A stretch of 64,000 bases of DNA, taken from positions 9,372-73,371 of IMG/VR virus record IMGVR_UViG_3300010163_000019; one strand, given 5' to 3'. Of the stretch, positions 48,701-58,198 are shown piece by piece. The position numbers and the translations under genes were made by a program. The stretch comes from a virus. Lineage: Duplodnaviria > Caudoviricetes. The notes under the pieces were generated by a model. That model searched no databases and was not told the origin of the DNA. It was given only the letters and a program-made list of their open reading frames with translations. The first letter of the stretch is position 1. The number at the start of each line of letters is the position of its first letter.

Positions 48701-48929
48701 AATGGATAAAAGTGCATTGGATCAGGCAAATTCGATAATAAGTGCGATGAAAGTATTAGACGATTTAAACATTGTTATGAACGTACCATATCCTCAATTT
48801 TCGTGCAGTGATACGGAAGTTAATTCAGCTTGTTTTGATAAGATTACATTAAACAATCTAAAAATAATTATAAAAGATTTTATAGAAAAGAGAAAATTAG
48901 AATTACAGAAGGAGTTTGAATCATTATAA
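48654..48929 (+). CDS. Hypothetical protein
   Basis: Likely ATG near 48702. Confidence 0.6.
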   Translation: MQFWRREQLWKVWNCRMDKSALDQANSIISAMKVLDDLNIVMNVPYPQFSCSDTEVNSACFDKITLNNLKIIIKDFIEKRKLELQKEFESL

Positions 48930-48956
48930 ATATTTATGTGTTGAAAGGAAAACATA

Positions 48957-49355
48957 ATGGTAGAATTAAAACTTAATTTTGATGAACTTACTGAAATGTC
49001 TTTAGAAGATGCAAAGAAAATTATTGAAGAATTTGATAATGAAAGTTTTCTTGAAGATATTAGAGAAGAAGTAAAAGGAACTAATTATGGTGTAAAGGTA
49101 CTTGATGAAGGTGATTGGATAGACGAAGGAAAATATCAGTATAGAACAGATATTGGAGTTTTATGCGAGTTTGATGATAAATGGAACATAGCAAAGATGT
49201 TTGATATTGCAGTTACTTCTGAAATTACACGCAATGGATCTTATTTCAGTGATTACAACTATGATTATGATGATTTGGTGGTAAATAAGATTATTAAGAA
49301 AGTTATTCCAAAGCAGATTATTCCTGAGAGAACAGTGGTTACTTTAGAGGGATGA
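48957..49355 (+). CDS. Hypothetical protein
   Basis: 132 aa ORF. Confidence 0.7.
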   Translation: MVELKLNFDELTEMSLEDAKKIIEEFDNESFLEDIREEVKGTNYGVKVLDEGDWIDEGKYQYRTDIGVLCEFDDKWNIAKMFDIAVTSEITRNGSYFSDYNYDYDDLVVNKIIKKVIPKQIIPERTVVTLEG

Positions 49356-49781
49356 ATGTGCGATTTTATGGCATATAGAAGGGGTGATATTATAGAAGAA
49401 AATATAAATAATGCATTTAAATCTATGAGGATGATAACAGAGAAAATACCTACTGTTGCTATTTGTGGTATGGGAAAATCAATAAATAATTTAGCAAAAA
49501 AAATGATAAAAGCTGAAGAAGAATATATAAAAATGGAACAGATGAAGGTTTTAGGTTTGAATGAGGAAATATTGAACTGTAGATCGACTCTAACATTAGA
49601 AGAATTGAATAAAATGTTTTGTGAAATTGATACAGAAATAATTGATACAGAAAGTATCTCAAATCTTAAAAAGAGAATAAAGTATTGCAAAAACCCTATG
49701 GAACGAAAACAGTTAGAAAAAAAATTGAATGATTTGTATAAAGAGCAAAAAAGGAATAGAAAAAATGTTAAAAACAAGTGA
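49356..49781 (+). CDS. Hypothetical protein
   Basis: 141 aa ORF. Confidence 0.65.
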   Translation: MCDFMAYRRGDIIEENINNAFKSMRMITEKIPTVAICGMGKSINNLAKKMIKAEEEYIKMEQMKVLGLNEEILNCRSTLTLEELNKMFCEIDTEIIDTESISNLKKRIKYCKNPMERKQLEKKLNDLYKEQKRNRKNVKNK

Positions 49782-50118
49782 AGTAATCAATTATATAGAA
49801 AAAATGTATGATATTAAATTGATGGATTATCAGAAAGAATTTGTTAAGCACATTATCCAAGGAGATGTGATTTATACTCCAAGATGTTTTGGAAGAAGCA
49901 TGATTTATAACGGTTATGCTGATTATTTGAAAAATGTTATTGGTAAAGAAACCGACTATTCTGTAGATCCAAATGATTTTGATAAGATTTATACATATAG
50001 GGATGTACCAATAGGTGCCTTATATCCAAGTGAGCATATTGAAAGTGCTATGAATAAAAATAAGAAACTGTTTGAAAAAGAATATGAGTGTAAGTATGGA
50101 CTAAATACGAAGTCTTAA
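49729..50118 (+). CDS. Hypothetical protein
   Basis: 129 aa ORF. Confidence 0.65.
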   Translation: MICIKSKKGIEKMLKTSEVINYIEKMYDIKLMDYQKEFVKHIIQGDVIYTPRCFGRSMIYNGYADYLKNVIGKETDYSVDPNDFDKIYTYRDVPIGALYPSEHIESAMNKNKKLFEKEYECKYGLNTKS

Positions 50119-50135
50119 AATTCTTATTTCAAAGG

Positions 50136-50453
50136 GTGAGTTTGGAGGAGGTGAGATTTATAAAAACAAGCAATCCATTAACAATAGGACAGTTAAAGGA
50201 GTGGTGTGATGATAACAATATCTTAGATGATACACCAATTGGTATTTACTTGGGAGATTCAGAAAGAGGAGATATTGCATTTGGTGTAATTGGCGATACT
50301 AAAAGCGAATATAATGATGATTTCTATGTGACCAATCTTACTGAAACGACAGGAGAACATTGTTATTGTAAGAATATTTATAGTCTATTTGAAGATGCAA
50401 ATTCAGATAAAGTTGTAATGATTACAGATGGGTGCCACAGTGAAGAGGTATAG
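50136..50453 (+). CDS. Hypothetical protein
   Basis: 105 aa ORF. Confidence 0.6.
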   Translation: MSLEEVRFIKTSNPLTIGQLKEWCDDNNILDDTPIGIYLGDSERGDIAFGVIGDTKSEYNDDFYVTNLTETTGEHCYCKNIYSLFEDANSDKVVMITDGCHSEEV

Positions 50454-50802
50454 ATTGGATGGAGGTAAAATATTGGAGAAACAAGAGAATGTATTAGTAG
50501 CTATTCCACATCAAGAGATTTTTAAAGATATTCTTATTTTGGATAATGAAAAGGATATTATTTTGAGTAGCATAAAAGTATATACACTCAAAGAAAATTA
50601 CATTGATAAGAATGTAAATTTTGATATATGTGTATCTGGCGATAAAATGATACTTCGTCCATTAGAAAAATCAAACGAATATATACTATTTTGTCAAAGG
50701 GTTTTGAGTGCATCTGTTATTAAAATTGAAGCAACTGAATATTTTAGCAAGACTGAAAAAGATGGAAGTTTTACATTTTATATGGAGAATAAAGAAAAAT
50801 AA
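50428..50802 (+). CDS. Hypothetical protein
   Basis: 124 aa ORF. Confidence 0.6.
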   Translation: MGATVKRYRLDGGKILEKQENVLVAIPHQEIFKDILILDNEKDIILSSIKVYTLKENYIDKNVNFDICVSGDKMILRPLEKSNEYILFCQRVLSASVIKIEATEYFSKTEKDGSFTFYMENKEK

Positions 50803-50980
50803 GGAGAAAATATACATATGGGACTTACAGCGAAACAGGTGGGTAAAATGAGAAGTATCACAAGAAAGTTAGAGAACCAGTTAGCAGAGGAAGCAAAGTT
50901 ACAGAAAGAGAAGAAGGAGATGAAGAAAAATAGTAAAAATAATTGAAACAAATCTAAGTTTAGATAATATCAACAATATT

Positions 50981-51214
50981 ATGGATCATCAGAGTAGAAT
51001 TGTAGAAGTAAATAGTTGGGAAGATTATTGTAAGGCATTTCAAGAATACAGAGGTGATTCGGTAGAGTTTAAATCTTTGACACTTATGAAAGGCGATACA
51101 CTTCAAAAGAATTGTAGTATTACAAATTTCGTGTATGACGAATTCCATTTATCATGTGACATTTTGAAAGGTAAGATTAGAACTAAGAAATTAGCGTATC
51201 TGGTAATAGAATAA
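50981..51214 (+). CDS. Hypothetical protein
   Basis: 77 aa ORF. Confidence 0.55.
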   Translation: MDHQSRIVEVNSWEDYCKAFQEYRGDSVEFKSLTLMKGDTLQKNCSITNFVYDEFHLSCDILKGKIRTKKLAYLVIE

Positions 51215-51262
51215 TAGATAGTAACAGTTAAACATTTCGCACAATTATTCGTAGAAAATCCA

Positions 51263-51428
51263 ATATTAACAACTTAACAGACATATCCGTTTTGGGTGGT
51301 GAACAGCATACCCTTGGCTTAGATTACGTAAAAATTCAGTTTAAATAAGCCATAAACCACTGATGACATAGATTTTAACATAAAGTTATTATCCTATGTT
51401 CCAGTCTGAAAAGGCTGTTGATGTTATA
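51263..51428 (+). ncRNA. Candidate multi-branched cis-regulatory RNA ahead of the replisome operon
   Basis: Nested pairings CAGAC/GTCTG, GTGGT/ACCAC, GGCTTA/TAAGCC, ACATAG/CTATGT. Confidence 0.5.
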
Positions 51429-51479
51429 TATGATGTGAAAATTTTAAAATAATTTTATTTACAGGAGGATATTAAATTA

Positions 51480-52658
51480 ATGGCAAAAAAGGAAAAGAGA
51501 GTGTTAGAAAAGAAGAACTGGTCAAATTCATTTATACTTATTGGTGAAGCAAAGATCAATGAATATACTTATAAGACAGATGAGAAGTCAGAGAAGTCAG
51601 ATTGGATTTATAACAGTCTAAACTTGGGTGTATATTGCGGAGAAACTTGCGGAACTGTATATGCAGAATTGATGGGGGGATATGGAGCAGAAAGAGATAA
51701 TGTGGTTTATGTTCATGGTAAAGACGAAGATGGCAAAGATGATTTTGACAATAAATTTACTATTGATTGGGAGGATAGATTTGATGAAACAATTCTTGAA
51801 TCCGTTGGTGATCTTTGCTTCCTGACCGTAGGTTTGGAACGTGATAAAGGTGGAAAAGTGTTTTATAAGAAATTCCTTTCGCCTTATGACATGATTGCTT
51901 ATATCAAGGACAACTTGGAAGAGGGTACGGTAGTAAATGTCAAAGGCAATCTGAAATACTCTACATACAACGAAGTGACACAGGTTAAGAAAGAAATCAA
52001 CAGTGTTGTACTTTCTAAGGTAGATGATAGTAGTAAATATTGCGCAAGATTCACTCAGACAATGTTGCTTACAAAAGACAGCGTAGGTAAGGCAGATAAG
52101 GATACTGGCGTTCTTCCTATTTACGCAAAAGTGCTTGATTACGTCAAGGAATATAAGAGTAAGGAAGTAAAGACTAATATTCCATATGATAAGACATTTG
52201 AATATGAGCTAAATCTTTCTGAACCTGAAACTTGTAAAAAGGTTGTAGAGAAAGTATTTAAAGTACAAAAGGGTGTAACAGAAGTTACATTTGAAGGCGA
52301 TTTGATTGAGGGTGGGGCTGTGGTTACAGCTACAGAAGATGACATTCCTGATGATATCAAGACTCTTATCGAGATCGGTGTTTATACTCTCGAAGAAGCA
52401 CTGGCAAAATGCACTGTAAGTTCTGGCAGAGAAAAGAGAATGGTAATCAGAAAGCCTTCTATTAAGATGGTTGAGGACAAGGAGGGCAACAAGACCCCTA
52501 TTATTCAGAAGTTTGAGAAGAAGTACGAGGAAGAGGATCTAATTCTTGATTTTATGATTGGTAATAATGATAGCAAAGATACATTTGAAGAAACAGCAGA
52601 TACAGATGATGAAGAGATTCCTGTTAATAATGACACTGATTGGCTGAATAATCTGTAA
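51480..52658 (+). CDS. Probable single-stranded DNA-binding protein (SPbeta YorF-like)
   Basis: First gene of the replication operon; acidic tail ending NNDTDWLNNL. Confidence 0.6.
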   Translation: MAKKEKRVLEKKNWSNSFILIGEAKINEYTYKTDEKSEKSDWIYNSLNLGVYCGETCGTVYAELMGGYGAERDNVVYVHGKDEDGKDDFDNKFTIDWEDRFDETILESVGDLCFLTVGLERDKGGKVFYKKFLSPYDMIAYIKDNLEEGTVVNVKGNLKYSTYNEVTQVKKEINSVVLSKVDDSSKYCARFTQTMLLTKDSVGKADKDTGVLPIYAKVLDYVKEYKSKEVKTNIPYDKTFEYELNLSEPETCKKVVEKVFKVQKGVTEVTFEGDLIEGGAVVTATEDDIPDDIKTLIEIGVYTLEEALAKCTVSSGREKRMVIRKPSIKMVEDKEGNKTPIIQKFEKKYEEEDLILDFMIGNNDSKDTFEETADTDDEEIPVNNDTDWLNNL

Positions 52659-52684
52659 AAATATAGAGTTTATTTATATAGAGG

Positions 52685-53875
52685 TTGTTTAAATGCAACC
52701 TCACAAATTCAACATATAAGGAGAATAATAAAATGGGAAAATACGGTAAAAAGAACCATGTAAAGTTAGACCCTTTGGCATATAATATTTGCCTTCTTGG
52801 GGAAAGTAAAGTTGGTAAAACTACTTTGATTAAAGAAGTCTGCGAGAAACTTTCTGGCGAGGATGGATATATGTTCCTAGAGTGCGGACAGGAACGTGGT
52901 GCAGATGCTATTGAAGGAATTAATCATGTAAATTGTCCTGAGTGGAATATGGATTATGATGAAATTACAAACAGTGTTGGGTTTGAAGATGTATGTGATG
53001 ACATTATTGATAATAAGACATCTGAATATCCAGATTTGAAAGTAGTTATTATTGATACATATGATCAGTTGATTAATATTGCAGAAAGTGAATCAATAAG
53101 ACTGTGGAATAGGGATAATCCAGACAAGAGAACAAATAGTATTAATGCAGCATGGGGTGGTTTTGGTAAAGGAGAAAAGAAAGCAATTGAAATTATGTTT
53201 GATAAGATTGCAGAGTTAAGAAGTGTTGGAGTATCGACTATTATTATTGGACACATTAAGACAAAAGATATTTCTGATCCTGTATCTGGTGAGACATATC
53301 AGATTCTTACATCAGACCAGCAGCAGAATTATTTCAATGCACTTAAAAAGAATCTTCATTTTCTTGGTCTTGCTTATATTGACAGACAAATTGTTAAAGA
53401 GAAGATAGGAAAGAAAAATATTGTTACAAACAAAGAGGAACAGGTTAATAAAGTTAAAGGCGAGTCAAGAAAAATTAAGTTTAGAGATGATAATTTCTGT
53501 GTAGATAGTGGTTCTAGGTTTGCAGAAATTATTGATGAAATTGATTTGGATGCAGAACAATTTATTACGGCTATTACAGATGCAATCAAAGCTGAACAGT
53601 CCAAGTCTGGTAAATCTTTTGATGAAACCAAGGCAGAGCAGGAAGCAAAAGAAGCGGAAAAGTTAAAAGAGATTACAAAGGCAGAACAAAATAAGAAGGA
53701 AGCGAAGAAACTGGAAGACGTAGTATCAAGGATTACTGATTTTATCAAAGAGAATAAGTCAAATATGGATAAGATCAAGCCTATTATTGCAAAGTCAAAG
53801 GAACTTGGATATGATAATCCGACTCTGATTACAGATATTGACGATGCCAATAAGGTATTAGCACTGATTTCATAA
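52685..53875 (+). CDS. AAA_24/Sak4-like ATPase (YorG-like)
   Basis: Walker A GESKVGKT, Walker B VIIDT, IIIGH. Confidence 0.8.
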   Translation: MFKCNLTNSTYKENNKMGKYGKKNHVKLDPLAYNICLLGESKVGKTTLIKEVCEKLSGEDGYMFLECGQERGADAIEGINHVNCPEWNMDYDEITNSVGFEDVCDDIIDNKTSEYPDLKVVIIDTYDQLINIAESESIRLWNRDNPDKRTNSINAAWGGFGKGEKKAIEIMFDKIAELRSVGVSTIIIGHIKTKDISDPVSGETYQILTSDQQQNYFNALKKNLHFLGLAYIDRQIVKEKIGKKNIVTNKEEQVNKVKGESRKIKFRDDNFCVDSGSRFAEIIDEIDLDAEQFITAITDAIKAEQSKSGKSFDETKAEQEAKEAEKLKEITKAEQNKKEAKKLEDVVSRITDFIKENKSNMDKIKPIIAKSKELGYDNPTLITDIDDANKVLALIS

Positions 53876-53895
53876 TATTCTAGGGAGGAATTGAA

Positions 53896-54357
53896 TTGAG
53901 AAGTAAGAAAATGACGAGTGTTGAAAAAGAGCAATGGGATAAATTATACCAGTATGTAAAAAATGAGATACTCTTATATGACGGCTCTCAGTCAATTCCT
54001 TCTGGTCTTGTATTAAGGCTAAAAGGGTTGACAAAAGGAAAGTATATAGAAAATAGAAACACTAAGGATAAAGCAGATTATTCTTATGAGATTGTTTTAT
54101 ATACTTTCCAAATTTGTAAACCATCAATTATGAGTGCTATTTCAAATAAGGTATTTGAGTCTGAAAGTAATAAGTTCAACTATATATGCAAAATAGTAGA
54201 GAATAATATCAATGATGTTTATTTGAGGGTACAAAGAGCGAAGAAATCAGAAGAAAATATAGATAAGTTAGACACGAATATTTTATCTCATAATGGTGGT
54301 GAATATCAAAAAAAGACAGAAGAATTGAGAAATAAAAGACTAAATGAATTGTGGTAA
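53896..54357 (+). CDS. Hypothetical replication-operon protein (YorH-like position)
   Basis: 153 aa between ATPase and helicase. Confidence 0.7.
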   Translation: MRSKKMTSVEKEQWDKLYQYVKNEILLYDGSQSIPSGLVLRLKGLTKGKYIENRNTKDKADYSYEIVLYTFQICKPSIMSAISNKVFESESNKFNYICKIVENNINDVYLRVQRAKKSEENIDKLDTNILSHNGGEYQKKTEELRNKRLNELW

Positions 54358-55879
54358 GGTGGTGAAAAATATATCAACAGTAAAATCTTCCACAAAAGGA
54401 AAGAAATTAAGTGCTTTTGAACAGGAATTGATTGATACAATCAAAAAAATAAATGAATATAAAGAAGCGGCGGAGGCAAATATAGTTTCAATTCTATATA
54501 AGGTTCCAGATGCTATTTATGATACAAACTTAGAACTTGAGGAATTTAATAATAATATTTGGAGAGTCTATTGGACGATTGCAAATGATATTATTAAACT
54601 TGAAAAGAAAAGTTCTCTTGATGATATTACAGTTGGTTTATATCTCGAAAAACATTCTAAACTAAGAGCAAAATATGATGAATACGGTGGATATGACACT
54701 ATTGTAAACGCTGGTACATATGTCAAAGAAGAAAATTTGTATGGATATATTCAGGAATTACGAAAATGGAATAGTGTTATTAAACTGGCTAAACGAGGGT
54801 GTCCTGTTAAAGATAGACTCAGCGAATATTGCGATATGACTGCCGAAGAAATATATAACGAGTGGGAAGCGTTTATCAATGATATTTTTGTAAATGTGGA
54901 TTGTGATGTAAAAAGTTACGATATTTGTGATGGCATATATGATCTGATTGAAAGATTGGATAAAGGCGTTGCCATAGGACTTCCATATAACAATATGGAG
55001 ATGATGACGAAAGAAACAGGGGGGCAATATCTTGGTTCTATCACTTTGGTTGGTGGACTTAGTAATGTGGGTAAATCAACATTTGCTAGAAATGCAACAA
55101 TTCCAACGGCAATAAAAGAAAAAGAACGTGTCGTTGCTATGATCAATGAGGACAATTTGGATAAGTGGCAAAGGGAACTACTTATATTTGTTGCTAATAA
55201 TATTATCAAGGAAGATCTGCAAAAGCATATTGTAAGAGATGGGCATTATCAAGAGGATACTAAAAGTTTACTGTATAAAGCAGCAGATTGGTTAGTAGAG
55301 CAGACACAAAATCATATTTTAACAATTGTTCCGTTTACACAGTATAAAACGAAAAATGCAATAAAAATTATCAAAAAATATTCCAGTATGGGTGTTAAAT
55401 ATTTTATTCTGGATACTTATAAGTTGGATGCTGGAGATGTGAGTGACAAATCATGGCTTGAAATGCAGCAAAATATGGTTGAGATAAATGATGTGATAAA
55501 ACCAGAATCAAAAAATTTACATATTCTAATTACATTCCAATTAGCGAAAGGAAGCGTAAAGCAAAGATTTTATACACAAGACAATATAGGAATGTCAAAA
55601 AATATTATTGATCCTGCATCAACTTGTATTATGATTCGTGATTTATATGATGATGAATATACAGGGGAACGGAGAGAACTAAAAGTTTATAGACTTGAAG
55701 GAAAAAATGGGAAAACTAAAATACCTGTTAAGTTAGATAAAGATAATCATTATCAGATAGCATTTATTATTAAAAACAGGGAAGGTTCTGCAAATAGATA
55801 CCAAGTGGTGTTTCTTCATGATATGTCAAGAAATATCATGAAAGAAATTGGTATTACAAATGTTTCAGTAGATTTTTAA
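54344..55879 (+). CDS. Replicative DnaB-like helicase
   Basis: GGLSNVGKST Walker A, FILDTYK, TFQLA, KNREG. Confidence 0.8.
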   Translation: MNCGKVVKNISTVKSSTKGKKLSAFEQELIDTIKKINEYKEAAEANIVSILYKVPDAIYDTNLELEEFNNNIWRVYWTIANDIIKLEKKSSLDDITVGLYLEKHSKLRAKYDEYGGYDTIVNAGTYVKEENLYGYIQELRKWNSVIKLAKRGCPVKDRLSEYCDMTAEEIYNEWEAFINDIFVNVDCDVKSYDICDGIYDLIERLDKGVAIGLPYNNMEMMTKETGGQYLGSITLVGGLSNVGKSTFARNATIPTAIKEKERVVAMINEDNLDKWQRELLIFVANNIIKEDLQKHIVRDGHYQEDTKSLLYKAADWLVEQTQNHILTIVPFTQYKTKNAIKIIKKYSSMGVKYFILDTYKLDAGDVSDKSWLEMQQNMVEINDVIKPESKNLHILITFQLAKGSVKQRFYTQDNIGMSKNIIDPASTCIMIRDLYDDEYTGERRELKVYRLEGKNGKTKIPVKLDKDNHYQIAFIIKNREGSANRYQVVFLHDMSRNIMKEIGITNVSVDF

Positions 55880-55897
55880 GGTGGTGATTATGAATAT

Positions 55898-56986
55898 ATG
55901 ACCGTTATCGAACTAAAGGAGTGGATATATAGTAACGGCAAAATTGAGTTTATATTAAATGAAATTGGGTGCGGTCATATAGTTTACCACTCATCTAAAG
56001 AATATTATAGCTGCTCAAATTGTAACGGTGATAACAAGGGTGCAGTTAATATAAAAAACAATAAATATTTGAGTTGTGTGAATTATACCAGAGAAAAGGA
56101 GTTTGATGAGAACTCCGATTTGCTTACATTGGTTCAGTACAACAAAAGAATTAATGATAGTAAATTTTCATTTTTTGATACAGTGAAGTATTTACATAAA
56201 ATTTTAGGATTACCACTTACATTTAAGAAGCAAGAAGAGAAAAAAGAGGTAGTTGATCCACTATATATATTTAAAAAAGTAAGGACAAGACATAAAAGGC
56301 AGAATGTATTAGATTTTCATGTGTTAAATGAAAATGAATTACAAGATTTTGTACCATATGTACATATTGATTTTTTCCGAGAAGGAATTATGTCTTGGAC
56401 AGTGAAAAAATTTGGTCTTGCATACAGTTACAGATATAAAAGAAATGTTATTCCTTTAAGGTATTGGCTCACTGGTGAACTGCTTGGTTTTAATATGAGG
56501 ACTTCTGTAGAAAATTATGAACTATTTGATATTAAGAAATATTTCATTACACCTGGTTATCCCAAACAAATGAATCTATTTGGATTATGGGAGAACAAAG
56601 AAATAATTCAAGATAAAGGATATGTTGTTGTATATGAAGCAGAGAAATCTGTATTAAAAAGAGATAGTTTGAATGATGGAACTGGTGTAGCTTTAAGTGG
56701 GCATGAAATATCAGATGAACAAGTGAAGATACTTATAGGATTAAACTGTGAGATTATCATTGCACTAGACAAGGATATTGATATTGAACACATTAGGCAT
56801 TGCTGTGAAAAATTTTATGGAATAAGAAAGGTTTCGTATTTATACGATAGATGGGATTTGCTTGGAGAGAAGGATTCGCCAGCAGATTCCATAAATAAAA
56901 TATTTGAATTTATGATGCAGTATAGGACAGTTTATGACTATGGAGAACATAAAAAATATTTACAAAGTTTGAATAAAAAGAAGTGA
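55898..56986 (+). CDS. DNA primase (Toprim)
   Basis: CGH..CSNCNG zinc region; VVYEAEKS, IIALDKD. Confidence 0.8.
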   Translation: MTVIELKEWIYSNGKIEFILNEIGCGHIVYHSSKEYYSCSNCNGDNKGAVNIKNNKYLSCVNYTREKEFDENSDLLTLVQYNKRINDSKFSFFDTVKYLHKILGLPLTFKKQEEKKEVVDPLYIFKKVRTRHKRQNVLDFHVLNENELQDFVPYVHIDFFREGIMSWTVKKFGLAYSYRYKRNVIPLRYWLTGELLGFNMRTSVENYELFDIKKYFITPGYPKQMNLFGLWENKEIIQDKGYVVVYEAEKSVLKRDSLNDGTGVALSGHEISDEQVKILIGLNCEIIIALDKDIDIEHIRHCCEKFYGIRKVSYLYDRWDLLGEKDSPADSINKIFEFMMQYRTVYDYGEHKKYLQSLNKKK

Positions 56987-56993
56987 GGTATGA

Positions 56994-58184
56994 ATGGGAA
57001 GAAAAACAGGAGAAGAATTAGAGCAAGTTAAAAGAAAATATGGAGTAGATCGGTTATGGAGTTGGTCACGTTTTAACTCTTATCACAATAGCCATTTTGA
57101 GTATTACTTAAAATACATAAAAAATGTGCCAGAAGATAGACAGGATTGTATTTACACAGTTACAGGCGGTATGTCGCATGAGATAATGGAGAACTTATAC
57201 TTAGGAAATATTAAGTATGAAGATATGGATAGCGAATTTGAAGATGCATGGATGACAGCCGGTATTGCAGAACTTAAATTTGATAGAAATGATAGCGAGA
57301 AAAACAAGAAGATTGCTGATAAATACTATAAAAACCTAAAACATTTCTTTAATAATCACCATACAATCCCTTACAAAGTTGAAATTGAAAGATTTATTAG
57401 TGTCCTGATAGGTAAAAATGTATTTCAGGGATACATAGATGTATGTTTTAAAGATAGTGATGGGTGTTTCAATATCTTAGATTGGAAGACATCTTCTATA
57501 TATAAGGGAGAAAAAGCATTAAATGAATGTGGGCAGTTGGTTGTTTATGCAATAGGTCTACATCAGATGGGTGTTCCATATGAAAAGATAAAGATTTGTT
57601 GGAACTTCTTGAAATATGTAAAAGTTGATTGTGAACAGACTAATGGAAAGTGGACTACAAGAGAAATTGATAGATGTGAAATAGGTAATAAACTACAGAC
57701 AAGTGTAAAAATGTGGTTAAAGAAATTAGGATATGAAAATGAACTTGTAGAATATCTTGATATATTGGCACAGACAAATGATATAAAGTGTCTGCCAAAT
57801 GATGTACAAGCAAAATATAAATTCCATGATTGTATTGTCTATGTGGATTTGACACAGGATCTTATCAACAGATGGGTTACAGACATTACCAATACGATTG
57901 ATGAGATTGTGGAAAAAGAAGAGAAATATGAAAATGAAAAATTAATTAATAAAGAGAATGCCGAAATGGTATTTTTTGACACTCCAGAACAAGTCGAAAA
58001 GCAAAGCTATTATTTTTCAACATTATGTGCATATTCCCCCAATTTACATAAACCATATAAAAAATATCTGGACGCATTAGCAGCACAGCAAAATGGAGAT
58101 GACTTTTTTAGCGGTGTTGGTAGTGGTATATCTGAAAACAGTGATGATAAAGACGGAGATTTATCTTGGTTAGACAATCTGTAA
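56994..58184 (+). CDS. PD-(D/E)xK nuclease (Cas4/RecB-like)
   Basis: WSWSR, EIERF, QGYIDV...ILDWKT, QL..Y. Confidence 0.8.
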   Translation: MGRKTGEELEQVKRKYGVDRLWSWSRFNSYHNSHFEYYLKYIKNVPEDRQDCIYTVTGGMSHEIMENLYLGNIKYEDMDSEFEDAWMTAGIAELKFDRNDSEKNKKIADKYYKNLKHFFNNHHTIPYKVEIERFISVLIGKNVFQGYIDVCFKDSDGCFNILDWKTSSIYKGEKALNECGQLVVYAIGLHQMGVPYEKIKICWNFLKYVKVDCEQTNGKWTTREIDRCEIGNKLQTSVKMWLKKLGYENELVEYLDILAQTNDIKCLPNDVQAKYKFHDCIVYVDLTQDLINRWVTDITNTIDEIVEKEEKYENEKLINKENAEMVFFDTPEQVEKQSYYFSTLCAYSPNLHKPYKKYLDALAAQQNGDDFFSGVGSGISENSDDKDGDLSWLDNL

Positions 58185-58198
58185 AAGGTGGTGGTTGA

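Noticed and set aside
56994-58184. Cas4-like nuclease as evidence of CRISPR-Cas
   Set aside because: Embedded in the replisome operon; no array or other cas genes
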